Positions 48,102 to 48,399 of a stretch of DNA of 48,399 nt are shown in pieces. How positions within the stretch are numbered: the first letter of the stretch is position 1; each line of letters opens with the position of its first letter. The translations under genes were made by a program, and so were the position numbers. The stretch spans positions 1-48,399 of the forward strand of contig JBBQPO010000012.1 of assembly GCA_038217285.1 (NCBI GenBank), read 5' to 3'. Source of the DNA: Chthonomonadales bacterium (GTDB lineage Bacteria; Armatimonadota; Chthonomonadetes; Chthonomonadales; Chthonomonadaceae). The notes beneath the pieces were generated by a model. That model was given only the letters and a program-made list of their open reading frames with translations. It made no database searches and was not told where the DNA came from.

Positions 48102-48399
48102 TCAGCCTCCTGCCACGCCGTCCAGTGTAAAGCCGGGTATCTCGATTCCGTCGAGCGCCAGTTTCGCAAGTTGACCCAGCGCCCAGTCAGCATCGCCTGG
48201 TGTGCGGCTGCGCGCCATCTCCAGCAGCAGGGCTATGTCGGGAGTCGGCTGCGCGTCGAGACGGATCTTCACCAGCTCCTTGGCCCGCCGGCCCCGATCC
48301 CGTGCACGCAGTACGGTGCGATCAAAGGCTGCCGTCCGGTCCGGTGGTGCCGCACGTCCGAGCAGTTCACCCGCGACGAACGCCTGCATCTCGGGGTCG
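48102..48399 (-). CDS. C-terminus of an alpha-helical (putative ARM/HEAT-repeat) protein, 5' end outside the window
   Basis: Open frame to the window edge, ending 3 nt before the SWIM-BRCT start, with GGAGG in its last codons. Helical AAFDRTVLRARDRGRRAKE..DADWALGQLAKL. The ARM call is inferred from operon context. Confidence 0.6.
   Translation of the reverse strand, partial: DPEMQAFVAGELLGRAAPPDRTAAFDRTVLRARDRGRRAKELVKIRLDAQPTPDIALLLEMARSRTPGDADWALGQLAKLALDGIEIPGFTLDGVAGG

Overview
A GC-rich bacterial chromosomal window. Gene content (DUF1501 with DUF1549/1553, many secreted glycan-active proteins, GxGYxYP) is compatible with Armatimonadota or a PVC-like soil or freshwater bacterium, but this is inference only. 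Kb 1-21 holds carbohydrate-active genes (beta-helix protein, LamG-DUF5695, SASA esterase, PL4 lyase, CE12 esterase, GxGYxYP), a DUF1501-DUF1549/1553-cytochrome c/WD40 operon and housekeeping-type genes. That operon is interrupted by a 183-bp palindromic element flanked by an exact 41-bp duplication. Kb 21-36 is an accessory region with several gene remnants (5'-truncated ankyrin gene, haloperoxidase fragment, broken PAS kinase, SEC-C remnant). It ends in a tightly coupled five-gene operon: unknown gene, P-loop-dead BrxD/DUF2791-like paralog, intact BrxD/DUF2791-like ATPase, unknown gene, SNF2 helicase. This is the best candidate for an undescribed defence-type system. Kb 36-44.6 holds ABC-F, a VPS10/BNR protein, an aldo/keto reductase, apt, a YeaQ-family protein and AcuC. 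From 44.7 kb to the end is a type XIII-like (Mx162-like) retron operon: partial helical-repeat gene, winged-helix/SWIM protein carrying a LigA-like BRCT domain, and a reverse transcriptase translationally coupled to it with no room for an upstream msr-msd. No rRNA, tRNA or CRISPR array was seen. All family calls come from motif recognition by eye, not database searches.
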